Shown piece by piece: positions 1 to 9,789 of a DNA stretch of 64,000 nucleotides (position 1 is its first letter; every line of letters begins with the position of its first letter). A program made the translations under genes and the position numbers. The notes beneath the pieces are model-generated. The model had not been told where the DNA came from and ran no database searches. It saw only the letters and a list, made by a program, of their open reading frames with translations. Source of the DNA: a virus (lineage: Duplodnaviria > Caudoviricetes); IMG/VR virus record IMGVR_UViG_2711768077_000003, positions 1,191 to 65,190 of that record. The stretch is one strand, 5' to 3'.

Positions 1-142
1 CGCAGGCAAGATGGCCGAGGTTCACGCTGCGCGCGCTGACCATGCCGATGACGATCATGCAAAGCGTCTCCAGACGGCTCTTGCTCAAGTCGAGATCTGG
101 ACGCAGAATATTCGTGAGGGCGGAGATGGCGTGGTGAAGCAT
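1..142 (-). CDS. IS4-family transposase, N-terminal part (runs off window)
   Basis: Manual translation from ATG at 142: MLHHAISALTNILRPDLDLSKSRLETLCMIVIGMVSARSVNLGHLAC, resembling IS4-family transposase N-termini. Confidence 0.7.
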   Translation of the reverse strand, partial: MLHHAISALTNILRPDLDLSKSRLETLCMIVIGMVSARSVNLGHLAC

Positions 143-216
143 CGGACGTTTCCTTGGTCGGAGTCGTCCAGTTGAATCCATCCAGCCGCCCTCAGCCAGC
201 ACTGTGTCGTGTAGTG
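1..216 (-). mobile_element. End of IS4-family insertion sequence; putative terminal IR at about 203-216 (tgtgtcgtgtagtg)
   Basis: Transposase start plus IR-like end; the partner IR would lie outside the window. Confidence 0.5.
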
Positions 217-380
217 TGGCCAGCATACGAATATCGCCAGGAAGGAACCGGAAATCAGTGGTTTAGCCCAATGGACCCCGGCTGGAACCTTCGCTGGACC
301 CCGGAAGCCAGCGGCGCGGCCTCTGCCTGCGCGCTCCTCTCCCGAGTATGCCATGAGTGATAGACTAGGACGCGCCTCGC

Positions 381-416
381 GTCTCGCTCTCCGATGTCTC
401 ATCGAAAAGTGTCTCA
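381..416. promoter_or_regulatory. Three GTCTC/TGTCTCA direct repeats with exact 15-bp period (putative regulator binding sites)
   Basis: gtctc at 381, 396 and 411 in non-coding DNA downstream of the replication module. Confidence 0.45.
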
Positions 417-475
417 CGAAGGCGATTTCGCTTGACGGCGGGTCGGGCAATCTCAGCGGTGGGAGCGCCGTTCAC

Positions 476-1261
476 TCACGAAGTTGCGCCCGTTTCGTCA
501 AGGATGAGCCGAGCGGTCTCTTTCGGCTGATCCCACATCGGAAAATGCCCGCAGTTCTCGAACCAATGCAGCCTGGCGGATGGAAACGCCTCCTTCGCCC
601 GGGCGGCCTGGCGCGGCAGACACAGACGATCCTGGCGACCCCATCCGATGACGACGGGGCGGGATGTCCCCGCCGCCGGTCCCTCCTGTTCCGGAGCGGT
701 GGCGAGGTCGCGCACGAGTTCGTCGAAAGTCTTGGTCGCGGCAAAGCTCTTCAGTTCGGTCGTCACGACGTCACCGTCCAGCTTCCAGGGACGTGCCGAC
801 AGCTGCGCCAGGAGCATGCTACGGGTCACAGCGGATCGGGAGAGGGTCGGCAGTGTAGGCCCGAGACCGCGCACGAGCCGGATCGACGCCAAAAGCGTAG
901 AGCGGAAGTATGTCCGTTCCCAGCCCCGCCAGAAGCCGCCGGGATCGAGAGCGATCGTGGCGCCGACTTTCCCGCGGCGCGCCATCTCGAGCACGATCCG
1001 TGCGCCGAGCGAGCTGCCGACGATGTCAATGCCGTCAAGCCCCTGTTCGCCGATGAAGGCCTCGACGCTGTCGGCGAGCCCCGTGAAGGTGCTGCTGCTG
1101 GTATCCCCCGGTGTTGCGCCATGGCCCGGCAGGTCCAGCGCCACGACCTCGCGCGTCTCGGAGAGCGCAGCAAGGATGGTCGTCCATGAACGCCACGAGC
1201 CTCCGAGGCCGTGCACGAGGAGAAGTGGAGGGCCCGCGCCCTCACGTATGAAATTCAGCAT
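476..1261 (-). CDS. Alpha/beta fold hydrolase
   Basis: HGLGG oxyanion motif, DLPGHG, G-S-S-L-G nucleophile elbow, WGRQD, C-terminal GHFP. Confidence 0.9.
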   Translation of the reverse strand: MLNFIREGAGPPLLLVHGLGGSWRSWTTILAALSETREVVALDLPGHGATPGDTSSSTFTGLADSVEAFIGEQGLDGIDIVGSSLGARIVLEMARRGKVGATIALDPGGFWRGWERTYFRSTLLASIRLVRGLGPTLPTLSRSAVTRSMLLAQLSARPWKLDGDVVTTELKSFAATKTFDELVRDLATAPEQEGPAAGTSRPVVIGWGRQDRLCLPRQAARAKEAFPSARLHWFENCGHFPMWDQPKETARLILDETGATS

Positions 1262-1369
1262 CCAAGCCTTTCTCGGTCCCATGCGGGGTGCGACAAGCTG
1301 TCGCCTTGGGCGCACCGTAAGTTTGATGACAACGCGGAGATCAACAACTTGATCCTCACGCCGGCCCGG

Positions 1370-1798
1370 TCACCCAGCCCGCGCCCTGCCGATCACGTAG
1401 CTCATAGAGCGCGTTGTAGGTGGAATTTTGCCATTCAGCCGCCAGACGATCACTGCAAGCCCGTACTGGTAACGCCGGTCTGCCGTCGCACGACTGATCC
1501 TCAGTTCCCAGCATATCGGCTTCCACGGCGTCCCATTGGCCCGCAGCCAGACAAGCCGCGCATCGTCCTTTTCCAGCCAGCGCAGCCAGAGCATCGCCTC
1601 CTCGGCCTGCGTGATCTGTCGCGGGCTGGGCCTCGGGCGACGCATCTGCGGCTCCTGGGCGACCTTGTCGGCGAAGCTGTGGAAATACTCGGGCCATGCG
1701 TTGAAGAAGCCCTGCGGCATCACGCCCGGCATCTGCCGCATCACGCCGGCCGCAAGCTCCAGCCGGTCCTGCACCTGCGCTGTGGTCCAATCACCCAT
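1370..1798 (-). CDS. Phage HTH protein (DUF6362-like, sigma region 4-like)
   Basis: C-terminal WKPICWELRISRATADRR HTH-like segment; last gene of the replication module. Confidence 0.7.
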   Translation of the reverse strand: MGDWTTAQVQDRLELAAGVMRQMPGVMPQGFFNAWPEYFHSFADKVAQEPQMRRPRPSPRQITQAEEAMLWLRWLEKDDARLVWLRANGTPWKPICWELRISRATADRRYQYGLAVIVWRLNGKIPPTTRSMSYVIGRARAG

Positions 1799-1994
1799 GA
1801 CGCGCCTCCCGTTCCCGCTTGCCGTAGAGCCGCTCGCCGAGTTGACGGATCAGCTCGCGCTCCGGCCAAGTCAGGCGATCATCGTCGACAGCCACCGCCA
1901 GCAGCCCCTGTTCCTTCCAGCCGTCGCGCTTGACCTCGTCGGGGTTGCGGCGGTGACCGCCGTAGCCCTTGGGCGTGAATCGCATGCCGCTCAT
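1791..1994 (-). CDS. Small conserved phage hypothetical protein
   Basis: MSGMRFTPKGYGG... 67 aa; start and stop overlap both neighbours. Confidence 0.65.
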   Translation of the reverse strand: MSGMRFTPKGYGGHRRNPDEVKRDGWKEQGLLAVAVDDDRLTWPERELIRQLGERLYGKREREARHG

Positions 1995-2509
1995 TGCACA
2001 CCTCCCCGGGTCTCCAGCGCCCAGAGCAGGATCGCGATGGCGTCGGCCTCGTTGTCGTCGGCGGGCGAGAAGCCGCGCGCGCGGGCGGCCGCCATCATGG
2101 CGTCCTTGTTCGCGTTGCCCTTGCCGGTGGCGTGGCGCTTGATGGTGCCGACCGGCACGCCCTGATAGGCGACGCCCGCGTTCTCCGCCCACAACGTCAG
2201 CGTGGCCATCAGCCCGCCATACACATGCGCCGCGTCGGTCCCGACATGCCTGCGCACCTCCTCGAAATGGATGGCAGTGATGGCTCCGGCGTCGTGGGCC
2301 AGCTGCTCGAGCCAGCCCCGGAACCGCAGGTAGCGCATGCCGCCGCCGTCGTAGCGGCTGGGCCGGAATGACACGGTGCCGCTGGTGATCAATCCGTCCG
2401 CGGCCTGCAAGGCCCAGCCGGTCGTGGTGCCGAGATCGAGGGCGAGAAGGACAGGCAAGCCGGGGCAGGGGGCGCTCATGGCTGTTGGGGTGAGAGATGC
2501 GTGGGCCAT
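1991..2509 (-). CDS. RuvC-like Holliday junction resolvase (phage type)
   Basis: LALDLGTTTGWA, FEEV, KRHATGKGNANK and DNEADAIA motifs. Confidence 0.8.
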   Translation of the reverse strand: MAHASLTPTAMSAPCPGLPVLLALDLGTTTGWALQAADGLITSGTVSFRPSRYDGGGMRYLRFRGWLEQLAHDAGAITAIHFEEVRRHVGTDAAHVYGGLMATLTLWAENAGVAYQGVPVGTIKRHATGKGNANKDAMMAAARARGFSPADDNEADAIAILLWALETRGGVQ

Positions 2510-2565
2510 GATTGGCTCCTTTCCGGTTTGATGTTCGATAGGGTGACGGGCAGGACATGCGGGGC

Positions 2566-5493
2566 TCATGGATCGAGCTCCCGCAGCCAATCGGGGACGG
2601 GTGAACCTCGGGAACCTTTCGCGGGAGGTTCACACGGAGGTTCACACCGACAAGGTTCTGAATTCACGGGGCTTTGTGAACCTCGCGAACCTTGTGAACC
2701 TTTTCCGGCATCATCCTTCGCATGTGCGTGCGCGCGCGCGTGCGTAAGGGTTGGTAGAGGTTCACAAGGTTCACAAGGTTCACATTTGCAAGCCCGATCA
2801 ATGGCTTGATCGTGTGAACCTCGGTTTTGGAGGTTCACACCCGCGCCCCGAGGTTCACACGCATCAGACCCTCGCGCGTCAGATTGCGGACGCGATGGCT
2901 GCTCCGAGACCTTCAGCTGCCATTTGACCGCCCGCCGAAACGTGCCAGCCTGGACCAGCCTGAGCGTCAGATCGCCCACCTGGAACACGCGGTCCCGCAT
3001 CTTCTTGATGGCGATCCCGAAGCTGGTCTTCTGCGCGCGGTCCGTGTGACAGGTGATGGGGGGCGCCGGATCGTAGAACAGGGCCACGTCGAAGAGGTCG
3101 GCCGCGCCCACCTCGGCAGTCCCGAAACGATCCCACTAGGCGGCGATGAAGGCGCTCCAGCCCGCGCCCTCGCTGTCAGAGGCCTCCATCATCTCCTCGA
3201 GATTGCCGAGAAAGCCGGGAATGCCCGCGACCTCGAGCACGCCGCCGACGACATGCGCCCAATTCTCGAAGGAGCCGATGGTGCGCGCGCCGCGCGGCTT
3301 TCCGGCGGCGATCCACGCCTGGCAGAGCGTGAGGCAGGCGGCGACCAGCCGGGGGCGGTTGGCACGCACCCATGTCATCAGATCGGGATGGCGGAAGCCG
3401 GTGCGCTGCCAAAGACGCTCCTCGTGGGGATCGAGCCGGATGCGCAGGAGGCGGCGCGCCATCTCGTTGGAGAACTCGGGGTTGTTGCCGGTGGCGATCC
3501 AGAGACAGCGGATCGGCAGCCGCGTCATTTCCGATGCGCCGAGGATCCGGTCCTCCCAGAACGGCGCGGTCAGGGCGGCCGCGACGGCGGAGCTGTCGAG
3601 CTTGGCGCGCAGGTTGTCGATCAGCACGATGGCGGGGATCTGGCGCAGCTTGGCGGTGACGCGCTTGCGCCATTCGTCGTCGTCCCGCCCTTCGGTCATG
3701 ACGCTCGCGCCCGAGCCGGTGAGGATGGTGGCCACGGCATCGACCATCAGCGTGGCGCCGGAGCCGGGGCTGGGCTTCTCGATCAGGTGCAGCGGCGTCG
3801 GCCCGTCGATCATGCCGCGCAGGAAGCCGAGCAGCAGCAGCGCGATCACATGCGCCATCTCGGCGGGACCGACGAAGGGGAAGTCGCCGAGCAGATCCTC
3901 GCACAGCAGATTGCGGGCGGCGGCAACCTCGGCGGCTGACGGCTTGGCCGGAATGGTCGGCACCACGAACCCGGGCGTCGGGGCATAGAGAAGCCGCGCG
4001 TCGGGATGATAGCCCGGCGTGGTCAGCAGCGTGCCGCCGCGACCGAATACCGGCGTGTTGACGATGCCTACCAGCACGGGCAGCGCCGGATCGGGCGTGG
4101 CCAGCACGGATTTGACCACGGCTATTGGCGGCGGGGCCGCGATCAGCTCGCCCTTGCCATTCAGCTTCTTCCAGTGCGCAAGCCGCGCCAGCATGTGACG
4201 CAGCCGTTCCTCGGTGATCGCGGTGGCGACCGGACGGCCCTCGTCATCGGGCACCACCCATGTCGGCTGCCCGGCGAAACGGAACACCCATGGCGTCCGG
4301 TTCGAGGCCATCAGCAGACTCCAGACCCGCTCGACCGAGCGGGCGAGATCGCCCTCGTCGGCGCGCAAGGTGGGGATGGCCTCGCCGCTGCCCTGATAGT
4401 TGACCGGCCGGTGCTGCCCGATCAGCAGTGTGGGTTCTGCCTCGGTGATGGCCTCCGCATCGACGATCAGGGCGGCGATGGCCTCGGGCCCTTTGCGCAG
4501 CAGCAGGTCGTTGAAATCCTCACCCTCCTCGGGCGGCAGGACGACGGCCACGTCGCGCCCCTGCGCGCGCAGGCGCCGGGCGGCGGCCTCGGCGGCCCGC
4601 AGACCGGCCCCGGAGGTGTCGTTGTCGGCCAGGATCAGCACGCGCCGGACGCCAGGCGGCAGATCGACCTGTTCGAGGCCCGATGTCGACAACGTCGCCC
4701 AGACCGGCAGATCGGGGCATGCGGTCATCACCGCGAGACCGGTTTCGATGCCTTCCGAGAGCGCCAGCCGATCGCCGTCGCCGAGCGCGGCCAGACGCAC
4801 GGCGCCACCCGCCACCCGGCCGAGCATCTTCTTCGCCTTGTCGAGGGGCGCCTTGCTGACTGACTCGTCCTCGATGGCGAGGTAGCTGCGATGCAGCCCG
4901 ATGACCGCGCCATCGCGGTCGCGGACCTGGCCAAGCATGGCCGGATAGCCGGTCTTCGTCTCCCAATGGGTCAGGTCAGGGTGAAACAGCAGATCGGCGG
5001 CCTCGGGCACCATCAGGCCGCGTCCGGTCAGATACCGCGCGACCGGAGAGCCCGTGATCGTCTCCGCACCCGTCAGGATGTGCGCGATCTCGAGCGCGGG
5101 ATCGCGCTTCAATGGGGGCGGCGTCGGCGGCGCGCGGCGTTCCGGTGCGCCGGGCGCGATGCCCGCGATCTCGGCCGCCTCGACGATCAGGGCCCGGCCG
5201 TCGAGCCCGGTCGCTTCCTCGATGGCGCTGATCGGGCCGCCGCCCTGATTGCCGTCGAAGTCGATCCAGTCACCAGCATGCGCGCCTCGAAGGGTGATGA
5301 CGCAGGAGCCAGTGTTCCGCGGCGCGTCGCCCCGGATGTTGGCGAGCCGCCACTCGTCGCCCGACCTGCGCCCGCGCGGAAACAGGCGTGGCACCCAGAC
5401 TTCCGCGGTCTCGCGAAGGCGCGCCACCACCAGGTCGAGATCGTAGCGCAGAGGCTCGCCGCCGAGCGGTTTGGCATCGTTGAGGTCAAGCAA
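2566..5493 (-). pseudogene. Phage primase (TOPRIM)-helicase-like replication protein interrupted by an in-frame TAG at 3136-3138
   Basis: TOPRIM motifs EGIETG, ILADND, EDFND; the ORFs 3136-5493 and 2566-3111 are in the same frame (FIAA*WDRFGTAEVG). Confidence 0.75.
2600..2860. repeat. GGTTCACA/TGTGAACC iteron-like array with a central alternating purine-pyrimidine tract (putative origin)
   Basis: About 12 exact or near copies in both orientations; tandem triplet 2759-2784; palindrome cgatcaa-tggc-ttgatcg at 2795-2812. Confidence 0.7.
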
Positions 5494-6769
5494 GGATCAC
5501 CAGACCTTTCTCGGCCCGCGTGATCGCGGTGTAGAGCCAGCGGTTGCGGTCGGCGGCGCTGCGCCCGAAGCCGTCGTCGAACACGACGACGTTCTCCCAT
5601 TGCGAGCCCTGCGACTTGTGGCAGGTGATGGCGTAGCCCCAGCTGGACTCGATCAGCCCGCGCCGGATCTGCCATTCTCGCCGCCCGCGTTCGGGATCGT
5701 AGGCGACATGATCGGCATATTCGCCGCGCCAGAAACTCTGTCGCCCGCCAAGGCTCACCCCGTCCTCGGTCTCGACCATGGCGCTGAAGGCGAAGGCGTC
5801 GTCCGGATCCTGCCGCACCTCGGTGAGGGCCAGGAACATGCCGTTGATCAGCCCGAGATCGTGGCGGTTCTTTAGACAGATGATCTTCTCGCCGCCGCCT
5901 GTCGGATAATCGGCGCCGAACCCGGCCGCGCGTTTCATGGCGGTGTTCAGCCAGCGCCGCGTCGCGTTGGTGCCGCAGATCACCTGGCCACCCTGCAGCA
6001 TCTGCGCGGGACCGACCTCGTGGCGCGACATCTTCCAGACATGGTCGTCACGCGCGCCGGGCGGGATCGGCAGTTCCTGGCGGGCCAGCGTCGCAAGCCG
6101 CAGGATAGCGCTGTCGGCCGCCTGGCGGTGCACCTCGGTCAGCATCACGTCCGGCACGGTCTCGGTGAAAAAGCCCGTGTCCTTCACGGGCGGCAGCTGG
6201 CCGGGATCGCCCAGCACGAGGATCGGCTTGCCGAAGGCCAAGAGATCGTGGGCCATATCCTTGCCCACCATCGACACCTCGTCGAGCACCAGGAGGTCCG
6301 CGTCGCGCAGGATCGACTGCTCGTTGATCAGGAACTTCGGCTGGTGGATGTCCTTGAGGCGCAGCTCGAGCTGGGCGATGCGCGTCATCGCGAAGCCCCG
6401 CTCGGCCGGGCCCATGCGCGGCAGGTCGCGCCGCAGCGCCAGCAGATCCTCGGTCGCGCGCGCGATCTCTTCGGGCGTCGCCTCGGAGACGCGGTAGATC
6501 AGGCTGTGGATGGTCTGCGCGGGCGTGCCCTTGCGCGTCATGACGAGCGCCGCCTTGCCGGTGAAGGCGGCGAAGAGCACGCCGCCAAGCCCGCCCGGGG
6601 TCATCGGTTCAAGCCCCAGCGCCTCGATCGCCATGGCGGTGATCGTGGTCTTGCCGGTCCCGGCATAGCCGAACAGTCGGAAGATCTGCTGGTCGTGCCG
6701 CCGCGTCTCGTACCAGTCGCGGATGGCGGCGATGGCGCGGCCTTGGGTATCAGAAAGGGTGATAGTCAT
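5486..6769 (-). CDS. RecD/Dda-like SF1 helicase
   Basis: Walker A GYAGTGKT, DEVSMV, GDPGQLPPV, HRQA, YAITCHKSQGS, YTAITRA. Confidence 0.92.
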   Translation of the reverse strand: MTITLSDTQGRAIAAIRDWYETRRHDQQIFRLFGYAGTGKTTITAMAIEALGLEPMTPGGLGGVLFAAFTGKAALVMTRKGTPAQTIHSLIYRVSEATPEEIARATEDLLALRRDLPRMGPAERGFAMTRIAQLELRLKDIHQPKFLINEQSILRDADLLVLDEVSMVGKDMAHDLLAFGKPILVLGDPGQLPPVKDTGFFTETVPDVMLTEVHRQAADSAILRLATLARQELPIPPGARDDHVWKMSRHEVGPAQMLQGGQVICGTNATRRWLNTAMKRAAGFGADYPTGGGEKIICLKNRHDLGLINGMFLALTEVRQDPDDAFAFSAMVETEDGVSLGGRQSFWRGEYADHVAYDPERGRREWQIRRGLIESSWGYAITCHKSQGSQWENVVVFDDGFGRSAADRNRWLYTAITRAEKGLVILA

Positions 6770-7539
6770 GCCCGGTCCTCCCAGCAGCGGACGGCGAAGG
6801 GGCAGAACCGGCAGAGGAAGAAGTCGGGGCTGGTCGCGATGCGGGGCAGCAGATCGCCCGCGTCCGCGGCGCGCAGCACGTCGACCGCCTTGTCCGACAG
6901 CGCCTGCGCGGCGGCCGGATCGAACGACACATGCTCGTGGTAGAGCTCGCAGGTGTCCTTGTTCAGCGCGGTAAAGAGCGCGGACCCGAGGCCCATATAG
7001 GCCATGTAGATCTGCATCTGGCCGAAATAGACGGGCTTCGAGAGCTGCACGCCTTTCTTCGCCGTGTCCGACCAGGACGAGGCTTTCAGCGCCTTGTGTT
7101 CCCAGAGCACGGGCCAGGCGAGACCGATCTCCGGGCCGCCGATGATCACGCCGTCCACATGGCCGCGTATGCGTCCGCCCGCCGTCTCGAAACCGAACTG
7201 GCCGCCAGCCTGCGTCTGCGTGCGCAGATCGAATCCGGCCTGCCGGAGCCAGCGGATCGCCAGATCCTCGAAGACATGCCCGGCCGCGAAGATGCGAAGA
7301 ACGCGCCCCTCGAAATCCTTGCCGGGATCGGGCGGCGTGTGGGTGACCTCGTAGACCAGCCGCCGCGCGCAGGGTTCGCCGATGCGGCTGGCGCCCAGAT
7401 AGCCGCGCGGGCGTTGGCCCTCGCGTTCGGCCTCCAGCGCGGCATCGATGCGGCCGTTGATCCGCGCGCCGAGGGGTTCCGGTTCAGAGGCGTCGCGGCC
7501 ATAGACACAGCCGGATCCGTGATTGAAATCGACCAGCAT
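6766..7539 (-). CDS. PD-(D/E)XK (Cas4-like) exonuclease
   Basis: GHVDG, WEHK, QMQIYM, N-terminal Cys plus C-terminal CRFCPFAVRC. Confidence 0.8.
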   Translation of the reverse strand: MLVDFNHGSGCVYGRDASEPEPLGARINGRIDAALEAEREGQRPRGYLGASRIGEPCARRLVYEVTHTPPDPGKDFEGRVLRIFAAGHVFEDLAIRWLRQAGFDLRTQTQAGGQFGFETAGGRIRGHVDGVIIGGPEIGLAWPVLWEHKALKASSWSDTAKKGVQLSKPVYFGQMQIYMAYMGLGSALFTALNKDTCELYHEHVSFDPAAAQALSDKAVDVLRAADAGDLLPRIATSPDFFLCRFCPFAVRCWEDRA

Positions 7540-7549
7540 CCGCACCCCC

Positions 7550-7978
7550 TCAGAACGGCACGTCGCCGTTGTCGGACTGGCGCTGCATCGAGGCTTGAAA
7601 GCCGTCGACGCAGGCCTCGATCACGCGGTCGATGTCCGCGGCCGGGCGGTCGAAGAAGGGCTCCATCAGGCCCATCTCCGTCAGCGCCTCGGCGAGCATC
7701 CGGCGGGCCTCCACGATGGCGCGCGTCTCCATGTCGGTCTTGTCGATCATGCCGTGGTTCCTTTTGGCGTTGGCCGAGCCCGCCATCAGGCAAGCCATCG
7801 AGCAGAAGCGGTAATGAGGGTGACGGTCCCAGCGCAGGCCGTGGCAGTAGCCGAAGCCCCTGGCCTCGCGACCGCACTGGGCGCAGGGCACGCGCCGGGC
7901 GAGATTGGCGTGCGAAGGAGGGCTCCGCCCGTTCGCGGCTGAAACGCTCCCCCGGAGCCTTTCCGAGACGCCGCTCAC
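7550..7978 (-). CDS. DUF6511-like phage protein (Cys-rich)
   Basis: CAQC...FCSMAC; C-terminal DVPF; GTG start overlapping the upstream stop (start inferred). Confidence 0.6.
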   Translation of the reverse strand: MSGVSERLRGSVSAANGRSPPSHANLARRVPCAQCGREARGFGYCHGLRWDRHPHYRFCSMACLMAGSANAKRNHGMIDKTDMETRAIVEARRMLAEALTEMGLMEPFFDRPAADIDRVIEACVDGFQASMQRQSDNGDVPF

Positions 7979-8208
7979 CCCATGAGCAGCAGGTCCAGCG
8001 CGTCGCGCTCCTCCTTGTCCGGGGCGGCGGTCCGGCGCTCGGAGGACAGCACGATGGACCGGCTGATGGCGTTCGAAGCCATGCATTCCAGATCGCGCCG
8101 GGTCAGGCTGGCGATGGGGCGGTCGAGACGCCCGCGCGCCTCGAGCCAGCGTCCCATCGCCAGTGCCGCCTCCGTGGTGACATGCGCCTGCCATTCGTCC
8201 GGGCTCAC
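7975..8208 (-). CDS. Phage hypothetical protein
   Basis: GTGA overlap with the upstream stop; (M)SPDEWQAHVTTEAALAMGRWLEARG. Confidence 0.6.
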   Translation of the reverse strand: MSPDEWQAHVTTEAALAMGRWLEARGRLDRPIASLTRRDLECMASNAISRSIVLSSERRTAAPDKEERDALDLLLMG

Positions 8209-8930
8209 GGGTTCAGCCAGGTCGGGCCGTTGCCGGGTTTGGCGGCGGGCGGTGTCTGGGTGGCGGGCTGGGCGGGAGCCGTCGGCGCACCCCAGGCAGG
8301 CGCCGCGGGCGCGGAGGCCGACTGCGGCTGGCCCCAAGCCGGGGTCGCGGGCTGCGCGGGTGCTGCGGCGGGCCGGGGCTTGTTCGAGGGCTGGGCGGGC
8401 ACGGGCTCGCCCGCCATCACCTTCTGCCATTCGGGCGCGGTGGGCAGCACGACATGGTCGAGCTTGTTGGCGTCCTTGTAGGCGGGGTTGCGGCTCGGCT
8501 CGATCTGGATCTTGGCGACGAAACTGATCCCGTCGAGATCGGCGAGCCCACGCAGCACCCGCTTGACCTTCGCCGCCTCGCTCATGTCCTCGGGGTTCAG
8601 CCCGAGCGCGCTGTCGATCATGGCGCGGAAGGTCGATTTCGAGATCTTCCAGCCGATCGACTGGCCCAGCTCGTCGAGCTTGCCGCCTTGCACGGTAAAG
8701 TTCTGCCAGAACTTGCGCCGGGCATGCGGGCCCTCGGCGACGGTGAACTCGGCGTCGAGCATCAGCACATCGCTGCCGGGCTGGTTCGAGGCCTTGAGCA
8801 GCCCGCGATCCGCGTCGCTCGATCCGTCGGTGCCGCCCTTGCGCAGCGTCATCACGAGCCTGGCGAAGGTGCCGTCCGGGATCAGGTCGCCCGACTGCTG
8901 CGGCTCCACGTCGTTCATGTCGAAGGTCAT
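8205..8930 (-). CDS. Putative phage ssDNA-binding protein (DUF669-like)
   Basis: IPDGTF N-terminus, RKFWQNF, Pro/Ala-rich tail ending PTWLNP; adjacent to an AAA ATPase. Confidence 0.6.
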   Translation of the reverse strand: MTFDMNDVEPQQSGDLIPDGTFARLVMTLRKGGTDGSSDADRGLLKASNQPGSDVLMLDAEFTVAEGPHARRKFWQNFTVQGGKLDELGQSIGWKISKSTFRAMIDSALGLNPEDMSEAAKVKRVLRGLADLDGISFVAKIQIEPSRNPAYKDANKLDHVVLPTAPEWQKVMAGEPVPAQPSNKPRPAAAPAQPATPAWGQPQSASAPAAPAWGAPTAPAQPATQTPPAAKPGNGPTWLNP

Positions 8931-8934
8931 GTCG

Positions 8935-9789
8935 TCATCCTTTCCGGGGTTGGTTGATCTTGGTGAGGAGCGCGCCGAGATCGGGCGGCTCGGTCATGTC
9001 GAGACGGCCAGAGCGGTCCTTGGCCGGCAGGCCGAACGGATTGCCGGATTGGCAAACGAGGCGGCGCGCGTTGCCCTTGTCGGGATCGTGACGCCAGGTC
9101 GGGGGCGCATCGGGGCCCGCGCCGGGATCCTGCGAGAAGAGGCTCATGGTCAGCACCTGATCGACGATGCCGGGGAGCTCGCGGGCGACCTTTCCGCCGT
9201 CCATCTGCGGCTGCCAGGTCACCCGGTTCATGTCGTCGACGACCTTCTCGAGGATGCCGACGAAGACGACGGTGCGGCCGGGCGCATGCTGAAGATGCTT
9301 GAGGAGACCGATGACCTCGCGCGCCAGCAGGCCGTAGGCGCCGCGCGTGTCGGGTTTGCCGGTGCGTTCCGACAGCGCCTCGGGCCGGGTCTTGGCCCAT
9401 GCCATGGCCTGACGCGTCAGGTCGGTGATGCTGTCGACAAAGATGATGCGCTTGGTATCGATCTTCTCGGCCAACTCGGGATGCTGCGCACGCAGATGCG
9501 CGTGGTGGGCCTCCGAGAAATGCTCCTCGGGTTGGGCGGCCGGGTTCGCGCCGCCGATCAGGCAGGCAATGTCGACCGCGTCGGAAAAGCGGCGGATCGG
9601 GATGCTGTCTCCCGGCCAGTCCTGGACGGACTTGAGGCCCGCCTCCAGATCGATGCAGAGCGTCTCGGCGGGTGGCAGCGTCTTCAGCAGCGTGGTCTTG
9701 CCCGCGCCGCTCGGCCCGAACAGCGCCATGGTGGTCTTGCCCTGCGCCTCGCGCAGCCGGTCGTCAGCGGAGATGATGCGCAGGCTCAT
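8935..9789 (-). CDS. AAA_24/Sak4-like ATPase (phage recombination)
   Basis: GPSGAGKT, IDLEAG, FVDSIT, AKDRSG. Confidence 0.82.
   Translation of the reverse strand: MSLRIISADDRLREAQGKTTMALFGPSGAGKTTLLKTLPPAETLCIDLEAGLKSVQDWPGDSIPIRRFSDAVDIACLIGGANPAAQPEEHFSEAHHAHLRAQHPELAEKIDTKRIIFVDSITDLTRQAMAWAKTRPEALSERTGKPDTRGAYGLLAREVIGLLKHLQHAPGRTVVFVGILEKVVDDMNRVTWQPQMDGGKVARELPGIVDQVLTMSLFSQDPGAGPDAPPTWRHDPDKGNARRLVCQSGNPFGLPAKDRSGRLDMTEPPDLGALLTKINQPRKG

Noticed and set aside
2600-2860. Possible CRISPR array
   Set aside because: The repeats are only 8-9 bp, occur in both orientations and have no unique 30-bp spacers; they fit iterons better.
6766-7539. cas4 / CRISPR-Cas locus
   Set aside because: No other cas genes or array; it sits in a phage recombination module.
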